Shown here: one piece after another, positions 61,836-64,000 of the stretch
Layout: every line of letters begins with the position of its first letter
How positions within the stretch are numbered: position 1 is the stretch's first letter
Assembly: GCA_035534315.1 (NCBI GenBank)
Contig: DATLSD010000049.1
Location: 19,339-83,338 of the forward strand
Source: Elusimicrobiota bacterium
GTDB taxonomy: Bacteria; Elusimicrobiota; Elusimicrobia; UBA1565; UBA9628
DNA: 64,000 nt
Direction of reading: 5' to 3'
Notes under the pieces: model-generated
Databases searched by the model: none
What the model was told of the DNA's origin: nothing
The model's input: only the letters and a program-made list of their open reading frames with translations
Position numbers and translations under genes: made by a program

Positions 61836-63653
61836 TTAGCGCCTAACCGAACCGCCCTTGCCTTCGTCCATCCAGTCGGCGCTGCTGATCTTGCTGTCCG
61901 CGCGGCTAAAGCTCCAGTCGGAAATGTAGAACTTGCCGCTGCCCAGATAGGACAAGTCCGCGAGCACGCGCGTCGGCTCCGACGCGTTCGTGGTCACGCG
62001 CAGAGGGCCGTTTTGCTTGTACTCGACCACGGTCTGGTCACGCTTCCACCAATGCCCGCTGTCCTGCTTGATCCTGACCGCGATTTCGAGCGTCTCGCCC
62101 GCGTAGTAGGACGCGCGGTCGTCCGTGACCATGAGGCGAAAGCCCCCGTTGGAGGTGTCCAGGCTCAGGTGCACCTTGTCGGCCTCCGGCGGGCGCAGAA
62201 TGGGAGCGCCCGCAACGAGCACGACCGAAGCTTGGCCCGTCTGCTGGTTGACGGTTGGGCCAAGCACGGTGTATTGAAAGGCGCCGCCCGAGGTGTCCAC
62301 GCTGATTTGCCCGCCGTCGTAGGAAAAGCCGATGGTCTCCTTGACCCAGGGCAGCAGCGCCTTGTCGTGGGCGAAGTGAATCTTGATGTTGACGCTGGAG
62401 CTTTGGCCCTGCTCGGAGTGGTCCGCGAAGAATTGGAACTCGGGCCGCCAGTGCACGCAGCTCGTGGAATCGTTAGGGTCGCAGTCGCGGCCGTCCCAGC
62501 GCCAGTAGAGCCGGTAGACGTCGCGGCTCTGGCTGCTGGTCAGGGTCAGCGCGTAGTTCGTGCCCTGCGTGCCCACGTCCTGGCCGCCGCGGGTGAGCGT
62601 GCCCTGGCCGGGCTGGGTCGACCACGCGCCCGCCTTGTCGAGCGTGGCGCCGAAGATGTCGACGTAGGGCTGCCAGCCGGCGTCGGGGTCGAGCGAGTAT
62701 TGGCTATAGGGGGCCTCACCGTACTGGTAGGGCTCGTAGTCGGGCTGGCGGTGGGGATGATGGTGATAGTCGGGCTGGGTTTGGCCTTGGGAATTTTGAT
62801 CCTGCTGCTGATCGTCCTGGACCGGGACCGCGGAAGTCGCGACGGACTTCGCCGCGGAGACGGAGTAGGTCTGCAGAAAATCTTCCTCCGCGAGGCTAAA
62901 CGCCATTTGGGTCGAAGCTGAAAGAGCGGCGGGCCGATGAAAAACCGTTTCACGCGCCGCTGCGCCGTCGTCCAGGCGCAAGCCGGGGCCGGGATTCCCG
63001 GCGAAAGACTGGATTCCGGCTTGCGCCGGAATGGCGGCATGGAGGCCGCCGGCAACGGAGGAGGAAGGCGCGGCGGCCAAGGGCATGTCCACGGCGGGCG
63101 CATCGTCGAAGAGGCGGTCAAGCGCGGCCGGAGCGGACGCGGCCAAGCTTTGGGCTTGCGGCAGGCCTTTTATCGCGGCGGCCGCGTTTTTCGTGTTGAT
63201 ACGCGCTCCGCCGGAAACGTTCATCTCCGCCGGATAGCCGTAGAGGCGGCTGCGGCGGCCGTTCAAGGTCTGCGCCAAGCCGCTTACGACGCGGGCCGCG
63301 ACGGCCGCGGGCGCGGCGACTAAAATCTGGAGGCCGGGCACGACGATTTGCGTGCGCACGGGGCCGGAGGCCCAGGGGCGCACATAGCCTTGCCGCACGG
63401 TGATCCACGTCCCAGCTGCGGCAGCGTAGGGCCGAGCCTGGGACGCGTAGCGCGCCGCTAGAGCGTTCAAGCAGGGCTGCGCCAGCGCGGCGGCCTGCGA
63501 AATCGACGGCGCCTTTTGCGACGCGCCCGAGCATTCGGACACGGCGGCCATGGCGTCCACGGAAAGTCCCTGCGCGGCGGCGGGGACGGCTAGGCCCGCG
63601 GCCAAAACGCAGGCCGCCAGGCGGCGGAAAATTGTCTGCTTCGAAGAGTTCAT
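61836..63653 (-). CDS. large hypothetical secreted protein with internal Gln/His/Tyr/Pro-rich segment
   Basis: I chose the ATG at 63653, with GAGAGG 8 nt upstream. It has the signal peptide 'RRLAACVLAAGLAVPAAAQG', a low-complexity segment 'QDDQQQDQNSQGQTQPDYHHHPHRQPDYEPYQYGEAPY', and a beta-rich C-terminal half. Confidence 0.7.
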   Translation of the reverse strand: MNSSKQTIFRRLAACVLAAGLAVPAAAQGLSVDAMAAVSECSGASQKAPSISQAAALAQPCLNALAARYASQARPYAAAAGTWITVRQGYVRPWASGPVRTQIVVPGLQILVAAPAAVAARVVSGLAQTLNGRRSRLYGYPAEMNVSGGARINTKNAAAAIKGLPQAQSLAASAPAALDRLFDDAPAVDMPLAAAPSSSVAGGLHAAIPAQAGIQSFAGNPGPGLRLDDGAAARETVFHRPAALSASTQMAFSLAEEDFLQTYSVSAAKSVATSAVPVQDDQQQDQNSQGQTQPDYHHHPHRQPDYEPYQYGEAPYSQYSLDPDAGWQPYVDIFGATLDKAGAWSTQPGQGTLTRGGQDVGTQGTNYALTLTSSQSRDVYRLYWRWDGRDCDPNDSTSCVHWRPEFQFFADHSEQGQSSSVNIKIHFAHDKALLPWVKETIGFSYDGGQISVDTSGGAFQYTVLGPTVNQQTGQASVVLVAGAPILRPPEADKVHLSLDTSNGGFRLMVTDDRASYYAGETLEIAVRIKQDSGHWWKRDQTVVEYKQNGPLRVTTNASEPTRVLADLSYLGSGKFYISDWSFSRADSKISSADWMDEGKGGSVRR

Positions 63654-63790
63654 GGGCAAAACCTCTCAACTATATTTGCGGAATTTCGCCCATTCTATTA
63701 AGGAGGGTGCGCGCTCGGGATGATGCGGAAGTCCCAGGGCGCCCAAGTCTTTGGGCCTATTCGTGAGCAGGACTTTCGGGCCGCTAGGGA

Positions 63791-64000
63791 CTAATTCGCC
63801 GCTTTCTTTTTCGGCGCGGACTCGGGCCAGACGGCGCCCTGGTCGATCCAGGCCTTGATGAGCGCGATTTCTTTTTTGGGCAGCGGCTTCCATTTCTTGC
63901 CGCGCTTGGCCTTGGGCATGGGGGGAATGTCCTTATCGCTCTTCAAGCCCGCGGCCTTGGCCGGGCGCGGCACCGGGCCGTTCAAGAGCCTATAGAGCAG
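63791..64000 (-). CDS. C-terminal fragment of a protein with PSCyt-like (planctomycete cytochrome c-type) domain end; 5' part outside window
   Basis: The frame is open to the right edge. 'PPMPKAKRGKKWKPLPKKEIALIKAWIDQGAVWP' matches the MPP...L..E...I..WI..GA C-terminal pattern of PSCyt domains, recalled from memory. Confidence 0.5.
   Translation of the reverse strand: MLYRLLNGPVPRPAKAAGLKSDKDIPPMPKAKRGKKWKPLPKKEIALIKAWIDQGAVWPESAPKKKAAN

Overview
Gene-dense, high-GC chromosomal segment (hand-sampled stretches mostly 62-68% GC) from a diderm bacterium, judged from TolC, ExbB/ExbD/TonB, beta-barrel OMPs and many lipoproteins. The lineage cannot be assigned from sequence alone. A PSCyt-like fragment and a BatA/DUF4159 protein hint at a PVC, Acidobacteria or Elusimicrobia-type environmental organism. 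No transposase, integrase, CRISPR array or rRNA was seen.

Gene order, left to right:
- 3' part of the dcw cluster (murF-mraY-murD-ftsW-murG, all translationally coupled), which stops after murG.
- aspS and tRNA-Ala(CGC).
- A 2OG-Fe(II) oxygenase.
- Three coiled-coil proteins, two of them clear paralogues, around an mltG that carries an in-frame TAG.
- An acyl-CoA mutase catalytic subunit coupled to tyrS.
- An SDR, then priA, a family-4 UDG, an rpoZ-like gene and gmk.
- An envelope, redox and metal-type island: OMPs, cytochrome c, PAP2, a CusR-like two-component system, PepSY, and TolC with a short adaptor and an RND pump.
- DUF3467 and cinA.
- An operon encoding an HExxH protein, a lipoprotein, ExbB, ExbD and TonB.
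- ettA bracketed by two lower-GC paralogous secreted proteins.
- A receiver-only response regulator, a DEAD-box helicase and several exported hypotheticals.
- A MoxR, DUF58, BatA/VWA+DUF4159 and GATase-like membrane protein operon.
- A MEDS-domain hybrid histidine kinase and a large secreted protein.

Most noteworthy observations:
1. The coiled-coil trio around mltG, which share a promoter motif.
2. The amber-interrupted mltG.
3. A sharp compositional chimera inside tyrS, whose C-terminal domains are about 45% GC.
4. A recurrent leaderless-type promoter geometry, with a -10 box 6-7 nt before the ATG.
5. A BatA-VWA::DUF4159 fusion that retains an internal signal-peptide-like segment.
6. An ExbBD-TonB operon led by a putative secreted zinc-metalloprotease-like protein, with no TonB-dependent receptor in the window.
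7. Catalytic-residue substitutions in a FabG-like SDR (Y->S, K->R) and in a PAP2 phosphatase (PSGH->PSGD).

None of these is proven to be a new system. All functional interpretations are inference from motifs recognised by eye.
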